From Chloroflexota bacterium (lineage in GTDB: Bacteria > Chloroflexota > Dehalococcoidia > UBA2247 > RBG-13-53-26): DNA of 64,000 nucleotides. Shown here in pieces: positions 44,309 to 53,696 of this stretch. The stretch's first letter is position 1, and every line of letters begins with the position of its first letter. The position numbers and the translations under genes are program-made. The stretch spans positions 32,178 to 96,177 of the forward strand of contig VGOM01000001.1 of NCBI GenBank assembly GCA_016875915.1. Direction: 5' to 3'. The notes below the pieces were generated by a model. That model ran no database searches, was not told the DNA's origin, and worked only from the letters and a program-made list of their open reading frames with translations.

Positions 44309-46081
44309 CTAGCTCTGCTCCTCCGGATGCAGGGGAAGCGGGTGCTGAGCCCCCTCTCTCAGGGTCTGGCTCGCTGCCTTCATGAAATCATAGAAGAGAG
44401 GATGTGGCCGATTGGGCCGTGACTTGAATTCGGGATGGAACTGGGTAGCCAGCATCCAGGGGTGATCCCTGAGTTCAACGATCTCCACCAGTCTGCCATC
44501 TGCGGAGAGCCCGCTGGCAATCAGACCGGCTTCATTTAGAGTATAGCGGAATTCGTTGTTAAACTCAAACCGGTGGCGATGGCGCTCATGGACGACAGGC
44601 TCACCGTACGCAGCGGCGGCGCGGCTGCCCTGGACCAGATGACAGGGATAGGCCCCCAGTCGCATGGTCCCCCCCTTGCTGTCCATGCCCCGCTGTTCGG
44701 GCAGCAGGTCGATGACGGGGAAGGGGGTCTCGGGATAGAACTCCGTGGAGTTGGCCTCCTTCGACTTGAAGACGTGACGGGCGAATTCCACCACCATGAC
44801 CTGCATTCCCAGGCACAGTCCCAGATAGGGTACCCGGTGCTCGCGGGCGTAGGTGGCGGCTTTGATCATGCCCTCGATGCCTCTGTAGCCGAATCCTCCG
44901 GGGACCAGGATCCCCTGGGCGGAGCCGAAGAGCCTGTCCAGGTTGGCCCCTTCCGCCTCCAGGTCCTCCGACTGGACCCACTGGATGTCCACGTCCCGGT
45001 CGAGGCGGGTGGCGGCGTGGCGCAGGGCCTCACGGACTGAGATGTAGGCGTCGCGAAGCTCCACGTACTTGCCCACCAGAGCGATCTGAAGCGGCTGCTT
45101 GGGGGCCTTCATCGTCTCCACCAGCGTGCGCCATTCAGTCATGTCCTCGTGGCCGTCGGCGATGCCCAGCATCTCCATCATCAGATTGCCCAGGCCGGCC
45201 TCCTCCAGGATGAGGGGGACTTCATAGATAGTGGAGACCGTCATCAGCGGAATGACGGCCCTCCGGTCCACGCTGCAGAACAGGGCCAGCTTGTCCTTGA
45301 TCCCCTCGGACACGGGATAGTCGCTGCGGCAGACCACTATGTCGGGCTGGATGCCGATGCGGCGCAGCTCGTTGACGCTATGCTGGGTGGGCTTGGTCTT
45401 CAGCTCGCCCGTCGAAGAGATATGGGGCAGCAGGGTGACGTGGATGTACAGCACGTTGTCCCTTCCCACGTCGGTCCGCATCTGACGGATGGCCTCCAGG
45501 AAGGGCAGTCCTTCGATGTCGCCCACGGTCCCGCCTACTTCCACGATCACAATCGAGGCCCCGCTCTTCTCGCCCACCTCCTTGATCCGCCTCTTGGTCT
45601 CGCTGGTGACGTGGGGCACGATCTGTATGGTGCCCCCCAGGAAGTCGCCCCGCCTCTCCTTGGCGATCACGGCGCTGTAGATCTGGCCGGTGGTCACGCT
45701 GGAGCCGGTGGTCAGCTCGATGTCGATGAACCGCTCGTAGTGGCCGAGGTCGAGGTCGGTCTCGGCGCCGTCCTGGGTGACGAAGACCTCGCCGTGCTGG
45801 TACGGGGACATCGTGCCGGGGTCAACGTTGAGATAGGGGTCGAGTTTCTGGACGGTGACGGCGATATTGCGGCTCTTCAGTATTCTGCCGATGGAAGCGG
45901 CAGTGATCCCTTTCCCTACGGAACTGACCACGCCACCAGTAATGAAGATATATTTCGCGGCAGAACTCCCAAAGGTGAAGATCGGCTTGTAAACCGTGGG
46001 GGAAAATCGAGCCCACGAACAGTATAGCAACTTTGTGAGGGCTGTCAATACGTGCGGGGCTGCTCCTGCCAGCGGCGTCAA
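44309..46081 (-). CDS. pyrG: CTP synthase
   Basis: Canonical PyrG ([16 protein letters not shown], GATase C-domain GLCLGMQ). The coordinates give the full open frame (TTG at 46081). The conserved N-terminus begins at about 45955 and the real start is uncertain (see findings). Confidence 0.93.
   Translation of the reverse strand: MTPLAGAAPHVLTALTKLLYCSWARFSPTVYKPIFTFGSSAAKYIFITGGVVSSVGKGITAASIGRILKSRNIAVTVQKLDPYLNVDPGTMSPYQHGEVFVTQDGAETDLDLGHYERFIDIELTTGSSVTTGQIYSAVIAKERRGDFLGGTIQIVPHVTSETKRRIKEVGEKSGASIVIVEVGGTVGDIEGLPFLEAIRQMRTDVGRDNVLYIHVTLLPHISSTGELKTKPTQHSVNELRRIGIQPDIVVCRSDYPVSEGIKDKLALFCSVDRRAVIPLMTVSTIYEVPLILEEAGLGNLMMEMLGIADGHEDMTEWRTLVETMKAPKQPLQIALVGKYVELRDAYISVREALRHAATRLDRDVDIQWVQSEDLEAEGANLDRLFGSAQGILVPGGFGYRGIEGMIKAATYAREHRVPYLGLCLGMQVMVVEFARHVFKSKEANSTEFYPETPFPVIDLLPEQRGMDSKGGTMRLGAYPCHLVQGSRAAAAYGEPVVHERHRHRFEFNNEFRYTLNEAGLIASGLSADGRLVEIVELRDHPWMLATQFHPEFKSRPNRPHPLFYDFMKAASQTLREGAQHPLPLHPEEQS
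46021..46048 (-). promoter_or_regulatory. near-consensus sigma70 promoter (TTGACA - 16 nt - TATACT) upstream of conserved pyrG N-terminus
   Basis: On the minus strand, TTGACA is at 46048-46043 and TATACT at 46026-46021. It lies inside the nominal 5' extension of the pyrG ORF. Confidence 0.5.
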
Positions 46082-46106
46082 ACACGCTCACGCTGACGGG
46101 CGATGG

Positions 46107-47543
46107 CTAGACCAACGACGCTGCCGACTCACCTGAGTCCAGCGCAAAGGCGAACCCCTTCTCGTTGAACAGCCTCAGGCAGGCATAGACCACTTCCGCG
46201 TCGTAGAGACGGCCGCTGTTCCGGGAGATCTCCTCCAAGGCCTTGTCTAGTCCCGGTGCCTTCCGGTAGGGACGATGTGCGGTCATGGCCTCGACCACGT
46301 CCGCCACAGCCAGGATCCGTGCCTCCATGAGAATCTCGTCCTCGCGGAGACCCGCGGGATAGCCGGAGCCGTCGATCCTCTCGTGGTGCTGAACCACCAT
46401 GTCGGCGATGGGCCAGGGGAAGTCCACAGTCTTCAGGATGTCATAGGCCACTTGGGAGTGAATCCTGATCAGTCCCATCTCGGCATCGCTCAACCTACCG
46501 GGCTTGCTGAGAATCTCGTGGGGGACGGAGATCTTGCCGATGTCATGAAGCAGGCCGGCCATGTGCACCACCTCGATCTGTTCCGGCGGGAAGTCCATCT
46601 CCCGGGCTATGGCGCAGGCAAGCTGGGCCACCCGCTTCTGGTGACCGGCGGTGAAGGGGTCTCGCCACTCGGCGATGGCCGTCACCGCCTGGATGGTGCC
46701 CTGCATGGTCCGTTGCAGCTTCTCCAGGCTCTGCTCCAGCCTCTTCCGGGATTCATGCCTCTCGGTGATATCGCGGAGGTTGACCACGACGCCTTCGACG
46801 GCCGGGTCATGGAGCAGGCTGGTCCCCGTGGCCTCCATGGTGCGCCACGAGCCATTCCTGTGCTGGATGCGGACCTCAACACGCAGTGTTGTGCCGGGGT
46901 TATTCAGCAGCCGGGCGAAGTTCTCCGCCACCATCTTGGTATCCTGCGGATGCAGGCGCTCGAACATGCTGGTCCCGACTCGCTCCTCCGGCTTGAATCC
47001 CGATATCCGCTCGTACGACGGGCTCTCGTAGCAGACGATGCCGTCTCGGCTCACGATGATGATGGCGTCCGATGAGTTCTCCGTCAGGGCCTGGAAGCGT
47101 TTCTCCTGACGGACCAGGGCCTCCTCTGCCCGCTTGCCCTCGGTGATGTCAGTGAGGAAGGCCAGAATGGTTGTCTTGCCTTCCCCCTGAAGCATGAGCG
47201 AGTTGAGCTGGACCCAGCGCACGTCTCCATGCTTGGTAATGATCCTGAAGGCGTATGCGGCGGGGGCCTCTCCGTCCTGCAGCCTCTTGACGTAGTTGTC
47301 AGCCACCACATGCCGGTCATCAGGATGGATGAACTCCAGGAAGGACCTGGAGGTGAGTTCCTCCTCCGAGTAGTCTATGAGGCTGAGCAGGCTGGCGTTG
47401 ACCTTCCGCATGAACCCATCCTGAACGATGGCTAGAGCACCGGAGGCGCTATCCAGCAGCAGGCGGCCTTCCTCGCCGGGTGCACCGGGCGTGCTGCGGA
47501 TTGCCTGCTTCTGGGACTTCTCCAGACTGACTTGACCGATCAT
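46107..47543 (-). CDS. PAS-domain / HD-GYP-domain signalling protein (putative c-di-GMP phosphodiesterase)
   Basis: Two PAS-like segments followed by HD (LLHDIGK) and HHERIDGSGYP motifs. Confidence 0.9.
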   Translation of the reverse strand: MIGQVSLEKSQKQAIRSTPGAPGEEGRLLLDSASGALAIVQDGFMRKVNASLLSLIDYSEEELTSRSFLEFIHPDDRHVVADNYVKRLQDGEAPAAYAFRIITKHGDVRWVQLNSLMLQGEGKTTILAFLTDITEGKRAEEALVRQEKRFQALTENSSDAIIIVSRDGIVCYESPSYERISGFKPEERVGTSMFERLHPQDTKMVAENFARLLNNPGTTLRVEVRIQHRNGSWRTMEATGTSLLHDPAVEGVVVNLRDITERHESRKRLEQSLEKLQRTMQGTIQAVTAIAEWRDPFTAGHQKRVAQLACAIAREMDFPPEQIEVVHMAGLLHDIGKISVPHEILSKPGRLSDAEMGLIRIHSQVAYDILKTVDFPWPIADMVVQHHERIDGSGYPAGLREDEILMEARILAVADVVEAMTAHRPYRKAPGLDKALEEISRNSGRLYDAEVVYACLRLFNEKGFAFALDSGESAASLV

Positions 47544-47965
47544 GGGGTTCCTTTCTCCCGCGGAATGGAAGGACGCGTGGCGTTCAGAGGTTCACATCTT
47601 GCAATGCAGCGCTCTGGGAACATATCATATTGACGAGGCTGGGCTGGTTGGTGATGCCTCGGCGTCCCCCGCCGAGCGCACTCCCCTCACACCACACCCA
47701 GCCTCACTTCGCTCAATCCTTAGAATCAGCTCCTCTTGGGTGGTGGCCACCATCAAAGCTAGCACAGGCAGCTTACAGGGTGGTCTCAGGGCAACACCGC
47801 CGCATCACAGAAAGCTAACGACATATCCCGGGGCTCTTCGGCAAAGAGGCTGGCTTCGCCAGCGGCGTGGCGGTCCGGTGCTAACCTCTGCGTGCGTTTC
47901 GCTGTTATATAATCTAGGAGGCGATCAGGACGGATCACAGTCAGGCTTGAATGCAGGATCACTGA

Positions 47966-48532
47966 GTGCAGCGCGAAGAGGAGTTGGTGCGCCGGGCACA
48001 GATGCGCGATCCGGCGGCCTTTGGGCAGCTCTACGAAGAGCACTTCGATAGGATATACCGCTACATTGTGCTCAGGGTGAGGAACCAGGCGGATGCCGAA
48101 GACTTGACCCAGCAGGTGTTCCTCAAGGCCCTGGAGCACATCGGCTCCTATCGGCACCGGGGCATGCCCTTCGCTTCGTGGCTGTTCCGGATAGCCCACA
48201 ATCAGGTGGTGGACCACTGGAAGAAGAAGAGCAGAGAGAAGGTGAAGCTGCTCACTCAGGATGAGATGGCAGAGGCAGGAGCCCTTTCCGGCGATGATCC
48301 GGCTGATCTGGCCGAGCGAAAGGTGGGATTGGAGCAACTGGCCGCGGCCTGCGAGCGGCTCTCCGATGGGCAGCGGGAGGTGATTTCCCTGCGGTTCGCC
48401 GGAGGGCTGTCGGTGGCGGAGACGGCCAAAGTGATGGGCAAGAGGGAGGGGGCGGTCAAGGTACTGCAGCACGCCGCCCTCAAGAAGCTGCGGGTGATAG
48501 TCCGTGCGGAGGATGGTGAAGCCGATGTATGA
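47966..48532 (+). CDS. ECF (sigma-70 family) RNA polymerase sigma factor
   Basis: Region 2 (FGQLYEEHFDRIYRYIVLRV, EDLTQQVFLKA) and region 4 (LSVAETAKVMGKREGAVKVLQHAALKKL). GTG start. Confidence 0.9.
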   Translation: MQREEELVRRAQMRDPAAFGQLYEEHFDRIYRYIVLRVRNQADAEDLTQQVFLKALEHIGSYRHRGMPFASWLFRIAHNQVVDHWKKKSREKVKLLTQDEMAEAGALSGDDPADLAERKVGLEQLAAACERLSDGQREVISLRFAGGLSVAETAKVMGKREGAVKVLQHAALKKLRVIVRAEDGEADV

Positions 48533-49616
48533 GGCAAAGGACAGCGGGATGAAGAAGGACTGGAAGCTGCCTCTGGTCATCGGGGCCGCGGTTCTCCTCA
48601 TGGTGATCGGGGCCTTGGTGTTCGCCTGGCAACTGGGATGGCTTCCTTTTGAGGATCTGTTCTCCAAGGAGACCAACCCCGTGGAGATCGCCATCGGCGG
48701 TGAAACGCCGGTCACCGGAGAGGTGGTCTCCCGGGAGTACCGCTGGAACTACGACAACCGGCCGTGGACCCTGACCCTGCAGATTCCCAAGGATCTCCAT
48801 ATGTACTACCGGGGCATGGAGCGGGCCCAGACGCAGGACTACTCCGTCTATGCCACCCATCCGCGGGATGACGACTTCGTCCGCAGCCTGGCCGACCGGT
48901 TGAGCAGCGAGGCGCTCAAGAGGAGCTTCAACGCCCAGGAGAAGGCCGGCTTCGCGGCTGCCTTCGTGCAGAGCATCCCGTATAGAGAGGAGGAAGAAGA
49001 GTACCCCCGGTACCCGGTGGAGACGCTGGTGGACCGCGGCGGGGACTGTGAGGACACCGCCATTCTGGCCGCCGCCGTGCTCCAGGCCATGGGCTACGAT
49101 GTGGTGCTGCTGAACTTCAGCGCGGTCACGGCCGGCGGCGCCGGTCACATGGCTGCCGGCGTGGCGCTGCCCGCGATCGCCGGCGGCTACAGCTACAGAT
49201 TCGAGGGGGAGGACTACTACTATCTGGAGACCACCTCCCCCAGCGACATCGGCGACATCCCCGCCGAGTACAGGACCAGGACGCCCGAGATCCTCGAGGT
49301 GGTCCCCAAGCCGGTCCTGAGGCTGAGCAGGTTCGAGTGGACCGTGGTCACCCGCTGGCTCAGAGAGGACAAGCTGGTCCTTGAGGTCGAGGTGACCAAC
49401 TGGGGGACCGTGGATGCCACGGGGGTCACCGTCCGGGCCTTCTTTGAAGGGCACGAAGCCGGGGCGGCCACCAGTGACGCCTTTGACCTGGACTACGGAT
49501 ACAAGATATCGCCGGTGCCGGTGGGCGACATCGTGATACCATCGGGAGACGGCACCCTCTGTGTGGAGCTGATCGACAATGGAGCCGTGGTGGATGAATG
49601 GTCCGAGGCACTGTAG
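48525..49616 (+). CDS. single-pass membrane protein with transglutaminase-like cysteine-protease core motif
   Basis: TM helix LPLVIGAAVLLMVIGALVFAW. The motif GGDCEDTAILAAAVLQAMGYDVVLL matches the G.C.D.A.L..A.L...G pattern of transglutaminase-like cores. The ATG at 48525 overlaps the sigma stop (ATGTATGA). Confidence 0.6.
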   Translation: MYEAKDSGMKKDWKLPLVIGAAVLLMVIGALVFAWQLGWLPFEDLFSKETNPVEIAIGGETPVTGEVVSREYRWNYDNRPWTLTLQIPKDLHMYYRGMERAQTQDYSVYATHPRDDDFVRSLADRLSSEALKRSFNAQEKAGFAAAFVQSIPYREEEEEYPRYPVETLVDRGGDCEDTAILAAAVLQAMGYDVVLLNFSAVTAGGAGHMAAGVALPAIAGGYSYRFEGEDYYYLETTSPSDIGDIPAEYRTRTPEILEVVPKPVLRLSRFEWTVVTRWLREDKLVLEVEVTNWGTVDATGVTVRAFFEGHEAGAATSDAFDLDYGYKISPVPVGDIVIPSGDGTLCVELIDNGAVVDEWSEAL

Positions 49617-49674
49617 CTGGACGAAGGGCTGCTAACTTCCGGCGGGTTTCTGCGTTATACGAGTCAGAGAGCTG

Positions 49675-50574
49675 GTGAAGCCGATGGCCGAGCGATTTGA
49701 CAGTATCCTGAGCGAATGTATTGACCGGGTGCTCCAGGGGGAGAGCCTGGAGTCATGTCTGGCCCGCTACCCCGAGCAGTCGGGGGAGCTGGCGCCTCTG
49801 CTGCGGACGGCGCTGGCGGCCAGGCAGGCTTCCGCGGTTGAGCCCCGGCCGGACTTCAAGGCCCGGGTGAGATACGAGGTGCACTCACGGGCGGCTGCCT
49901 CGGGGCGAGCCGGTGCCCAGAAAGGGATGCCGTTCTGGGGCTGGGTGCCCCGGTGGGCAGTGGTGGTGGCTGCGGTGTTCCTGGTGGTCCTGGTGGCCGG
50001 CAGCGGGACGGTGGCCGCCTCTTCCGGTACCGTGCCCGGGGACACCCTCTATTCCGTGAAGACCGGAACGGAGCGGGTGCGACTGTTCTTCGCCTTCTCA
50101 GACGTGGCCAAGGCCAAGCTGCAGGCGGGCTTCGCCGGACGGCGGGTGCGGGAGATGGCCCGGATAGCCCGAAGGGGCGATGTCATCAGGCTGGAGGCCC
50201 TGCGCATCCGATTCAACCAGCACCTGGCCAGGGTAGATCAACTGGCGGCCCGGATTGCGGAATCGGACATTCAGAACGCGGCCAGGATCGCGGAACTGGA
50301 GGAGATCCTGTACCGCAATATGGCCAGGGACGATGCCCTGCTTGAGGCGGCCTACGAAGAAGCGCCGCTGGCTCTGCGTCCGGCTATTGAGATAGCCCGG
50401 TTGAGGCTGATGCAAAGCTACGAGGGGGCCATCGACGCCCTCCGGGCCAGGTATGGTCAGCAGACTTCCGACGGTGGTGGGATGGGCTGGGGGTGGTCCG
50501 AGACGGGAGGGACGGTGTCTCCCGGCAGCGGCATGATCGTGGCGGACCCAGTCGCGGGCAGCGCTGCTGCCTGA
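49675..50574 (+). CDS. DUF5667-like membrane protein (anti-sigma-factor-like)
   Basis: N-terminal helical region (CIDRVLQGESLESCLARYPE), a TM helix (WAVVVAAVFLVVLVAG), then PGD.LY..K...E and a long helical segment. GTG start. Confidence 0.7.
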   Translation: MKPMAERFDSILSECIDRVLQGESLESCLARYPEQSGELAPLLRTALAARQASAVEPRPDFKARVRYEVHSRAAASGRAGAQKGMPFWGWVPRWAVVVAAVFLVVLVAGSGTVAASSGTVPGDTLYSVKTGTERVRLFFAFSDVAKAKLQAGFAGRRVREMARIARRGDVIRLEALRIRFNQHLARVDQLAARIAESDIQNAARIAELEEILYRNMARDDALLEAAYEEAPLALRPAIEIARLRLMQSYEGAIDALRARYGQQTSDGGGMGWGWSETGGTVSPGSGMIVADPVAGSAAA

Positions 50575-50577
50575 CTG

Positions 50578-51915
50578 CTACTTGCCGATGCAGAAGTTGC
50601 TGAAGATGGCCTCCAGCAGGTCTTCATGAACTGTCTCGCCGGTGATCTCGCCCAGGGCGGTCAGGGCAGCGGTCAGGTCAATGGTGATGAAGTCATCGGG
50701 CATTCGCGCCTGAACCGCCTGCAGGGCATGATCCAGGCTTGAGGCACCCCTCTCCAGGGCCTCCCGGTGACGGGGGTTGCCCACCATCGGAGCGTCAGAG
50801 ACAACCACCTTGTCCCCGAGGACCGCGCTGACCATTCCCTCCTCCAGTTCATCGATGCCTTGGCCGGTCAGGGCGGAAGTCAACACCACCCCGCGGCCCA
50901 GCCCCGAGAGTTCCGCCCGGTGGGGCAGGTCGCACTTGTTGGCCACCACCAGGGATGATTTGCCGTCGATGAGCTCCAGTATCTCGCTGTCCGCCCCGTC
51001 TATTGGCTGGCTGACGTCGATCACGGCCAGAACGAAGTCGGCCTGCCCGATGGCCCGGCGGCTGCGCTCCACGCCGAGGGACTCCACCAGGTCCTTGCTG
51101 TGGATGATGCCTGCGGTGTCCACCAGGATGAAGGGCACCCCGCCTATGCTGGCGACTTCCTCCACGGTGTCCCGGGTGGTCCCCGGCACCGGCGTGACGA
51201 TGGCGCGATCCTCGCGGAGGAGCCGGTTGAGCAGGCTGGACTTGCCCACGTTGGGCCTTCCTACGATGGCAGTCCTGACGCCGAGGCGATAGACCATGCC
51301 CGCTTCGGCGGTGGCGATCAGCCGGCGCAGGGTGGCCAGTGCCTCCTTGAGCGGCTGGACCAGATCCGGCGGCGCCACGTCGTCCTCCGGGAAGTCTATC
51401 CCGGCGGTGAGATGGGCCAGGACTGACATCAGCCCCTCCCGGATGTCCCTGACCGGCGCGGACAGCCGTCCCTGGAGTCCCTGGGCGCCCAGTCGCAGGC
51501 TGGCCTCGGTCCTGGCACGGACGATGTCCAGCACCGATTCGGCCTGAGCCAGGTCGATCCTGCCGTTGAGGAAGGCCCTGAGGGTGAACTCCCCGGGCTC
51601 GGCCAGCCGGGCGCCCTGGCCCAGGGCGAGCTGCAATATTCGCTGCAGAGGCGCCGCGCCGCCGTGGCAGTTGATCTCCACCACGTCCTCCCGGGTATAA
51701 GTGTGGGGAGCGGCCATGAAGGAAGCCAGTACCTCGTCCACCACCTCATTCGTTGCCGGGTCGATGATGTGACCGTAGCTCAGGCGGCGGTCAGCCAGCC
51801 GGCCCCGGAAGAGGGTTCGGGCGATGGAACAAGCCTCGGCCCCGCTGAGGCGGACGATGCCGATGCCCCCTTCGCCGAGGGGCGTCGAGATGGCGGCGAT
51901 GGTGTCCTGATACAT
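50578..51915 (-). CDS. mnmE: tRNA modification GTPase MnmE
   Basis: MYQDTIAAISTP N-terminus, G-domain GRPNVGKSSL / DTAG / NKCD, and the C-terminal CIGK. Confidence 0.96.
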   Translation of the reverse strand: MYQDTIAAISTPLGEGGIGIVRLSGAEACSIARTLFRGRLADRRLSYGHIIDPATNEVVDEVLASFMAAPHTYTREDVVEINCHGGAAPLQRILQLALGQGARLAEPGEFTLRAFLNGRIDLAQAESVLDIVRARTEASLRLGAQGLQGRLSAPVRDIREGLMSVLAHLTAGIDFPEDDVAPPDLVQPLKEALATLRRLIATAEAGMVYRLGVRTAIVGRPNVGKSSLLNRLLREDRAIVTPVPGTTRDTVEEVASIGGVPFILVDTAGIIHSKDLVESLGVERSRRAIGQADFVLAVIDVSQPIDGADSEILELIDGKSSLVVANKCDLPHRAELSGLGRGVVLTSALTGQGIDELEEGMVSAVLGDKVVVSDAPMVGNPRHREALERGASSLDHALQAVQARMPDDFITIDLTAALTALGEITGETVHEDLLEAIFSNFCIGK

Positions 51916-52000
51916 GTCCCCCGATTGTACTCAATCCTGCCCCTGCTCGGGGCGGGGTACTGCTGACGATTCCGTGCGGAGGCGGCTTCCCCGTGAAGGA

Positions 52001-52483
52001 CTACAGCTCCCTAAGGACGCTCATGATCTGGGCAATGTCGGGCAACTGCCGTATCTCGTAGACTTTGACGAAGGCGATCTTACCCTTCCTGTCCACGATG
52101 ATGTTGGCTCTCTCCGAGAACCCGTTCTTCTCCCTGAAGATGCCATAGGCTGCGGCCACCCCGCCGTGGGGCCAGAAATCGGAGAGCAGGCGCACCGACT
52201 TGATTCCCAGGTGATCCGCCCAAGCCTTCTTGGAGGGAACGGTGTCCACGCTCAATCCGAGAGGTACGGTGCCCAGGGATTCAAAGACCCCCCAGTTCTC
52301 TTCCAGCCCCTGCATCTGCCTGGCGCAGACCTCAGTCCAGGCCAGGGGATGAAAGGAGAGCAGGATCAGCTTGCCCCTCAACTCCGACAACCGGACATCT
52401 TTGCCGTCCTGGTCTTTCAGCACGAAGTCAGGTGCCGTCTCTCCCACGGCTGGCGGACTTTCCCTCTTCTCCATGGTCAACAC
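52001..52483 (-). CDS. peroxiredoxin (AhpC/TSA, Bcp-like)
   Basis: APDF...D..G..V.LS...GK..LL.F.P and a peroxidatic Cys context (WTEVC). Confidence 0.88.
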   Translation of the reverse strand: MLTMEKRESPPAVGETAPDFVLKDQDGKDVRLSELRGKLILLSFHPLAWTEVCARQMQGLEENWGVFESLGTVPLGLSVDTVPSKKAWADHLGIKSVRLLSDFWPHGGVAAAYGIFREKNGFSERANIIVDRKGKIAFVKVYEIRQLPDIAQIMSVLREL

Positions 52484-52644
52484 CTCCTTCTATCGGCAGC
52501 TGCCGAAACCGGTGATCCTGGGTAGCTTGTGCGAAGCGGCCGGCTCTCTTTGAGACGAGACCTGCCTACAGTAGTTGTACCACGCGGGGGGCTGGCCCCG
52601 CCAGACCCGGCGCATGCCGCCGGCGGATGTCGGCTCAAGAGGAG

Positions 52645-53025
52645 TCACTTGGGGCCGGTGCGCGTGCCTTCCTCGCGGGGCCGGACGGGCTCCTTCCTGG
52701 CGCGATCGATGAAATGCCGCACCGCCATGATGGGGTGCCTGCGGAGCATGCGAGGTCCGGAGAAGCGCATCACCGCCCTGATTCTCTCCCTCATGGCGGG
52801 CTGGAAGCAGTGAACGGGGCACCTGCTGCAGACCGTCTTGCCCTCCTGGAAGGGGCACTTCTCAAGACGCTCGCTGGCGTAGACCAGGAGTCCGGCACAT
52901 TCCGAACAGAGCGTGTTGTCCCCATGATGGTTGCGGCAGTAGAGGTCTATCATGGCCGCCACGGTCCGGCGTTCCCTGGTGATCCTGGCGTGTGTCTTGC
53001 CCACTACAAGAGCATTGTGGCACAT
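52645..53025 (-). CDS. nitrous oxide-stimulated promoter family protein (YgbA/NosP-like, Cys-rich)
   Basis: RTVAAMIDLYCRNHHG...LCSEC..L..YA..RL.KCPF...K..CS.CPVHC, characteristic of the family. The start is placed at the ATG 53025; the ORF is open to 53214. Confidence 0.8.
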   Translation of the reverse strand: MCHNALVVGKTHARITRERRTVAAMIDLYCRNHHGDNTLCSECAGLLVYASERLEKCPFQEGKTVCSRCPVHCFQPAMRERIRAVMRFSGPRMLRRHPIMAVRHFIDRARKEPVRPREEGTRTGPK

Positions 53026-53079
53026 CGGCAGGGCCCATTCCACACCGTGTCGTGACCTGACGTGCAGAAGCGGGACAGG

Positions 53080-53088
53080 TGGTATAAT
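53080..53088 (+). promoter_or_regulatory. extended -10 element (TGGTATAAT) upstream of the methyltransferase gene
   Basis: Read directly. It lies 22 nt upstream of the GTG at 53111, with a GGAGGAGG SD in between. Confidence 0.35.
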
Positions 53089-53110
53089 ACCGGCTCTGGA
53101 GGAGGCCACG

Positions 53111-53641
53111 GTGGACAGACCCATGCCTGATATCGGCTTCATCGCCATGTCGCTTCTCTTCCGGTTCCGCGACCTCCTGCGTCCCAGGAGGGAGATCGTG
53201 AAGGAGATCGGCATCAGGCCGGGGTTCCGGGTGCTGGACTACGGTTGCGGCCCCGGGGCCTACGTGGCGGCCACTGCCGAGCTGGTCGGTCCGACGGGGA
53301 AGATCTATGCCCTGGACATCCACCCCTTGGCCATCAAGAGGGTGGCCGGCATCGCCAGGAAGAAGGGGCTGGCCAATGTGGAGACCATTCTCTCGGACTG
53401 CCGGACCGGACTCGCCAGCGAAGGCGTGGATGTAGTCCTGCTCTATGACCTGTTCCACCAGCTGAGCGAGCCAGGCGCCGTGCTCCAGGAGATCCATCGG
53501 GTGCTGAAGCCCGCCGGGATCCTATCCTTCAACGATCACCATATGAAGCGGGCCGACATCGTGTCCCGGGTGACGCAGGGGCAGCTGTTCACTCTGAAGG
53601 CGGAAGGCAAGAGGACCTACAGCTTCTCCAAGCGGGTCTAG
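53111..53641 (+). CDS. class I SAM-dependent methyltransferase
   Basis: Motif I VLDYGCGPG and post-I/II blocks. 176 aa from the GTG at 53111. Confidence 0.85.
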   Translation: MDRPMPDIGFIAMSLLFRFRDLLRPRREIVKEIGIRPGFRVLDYGCGPGAYVAATAELVGPTGKIYALDIHPLAIKRVAGIARKKGLANVETILSDCRTGLASEGVDVVLLYDLFHQLSEPGAVLQEIHRVLKPAGILSFNDHHMKRADIVSRVTQGQLFTLKAEGKRTYSFSKRV

Positions 53642-53696
53642 TGGAAGAGGCTGGGCCCCGGAGTCAGCACCGTACCGGGGCAGCGGGTGGAAGGGA

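Noticed and set aside
46030-46081. Treating the TTG at 46081, 46048 or 46030 as the true pyrG start.
   Set aside because: The resulting 25-42-aa extension ([25 protein letters not shown]...) is not part of any CTP synthase N-terminus I know. It also overlaps a near-consensus promoter. I kept the coordinates as the open-frame limit only and flagged the problem.
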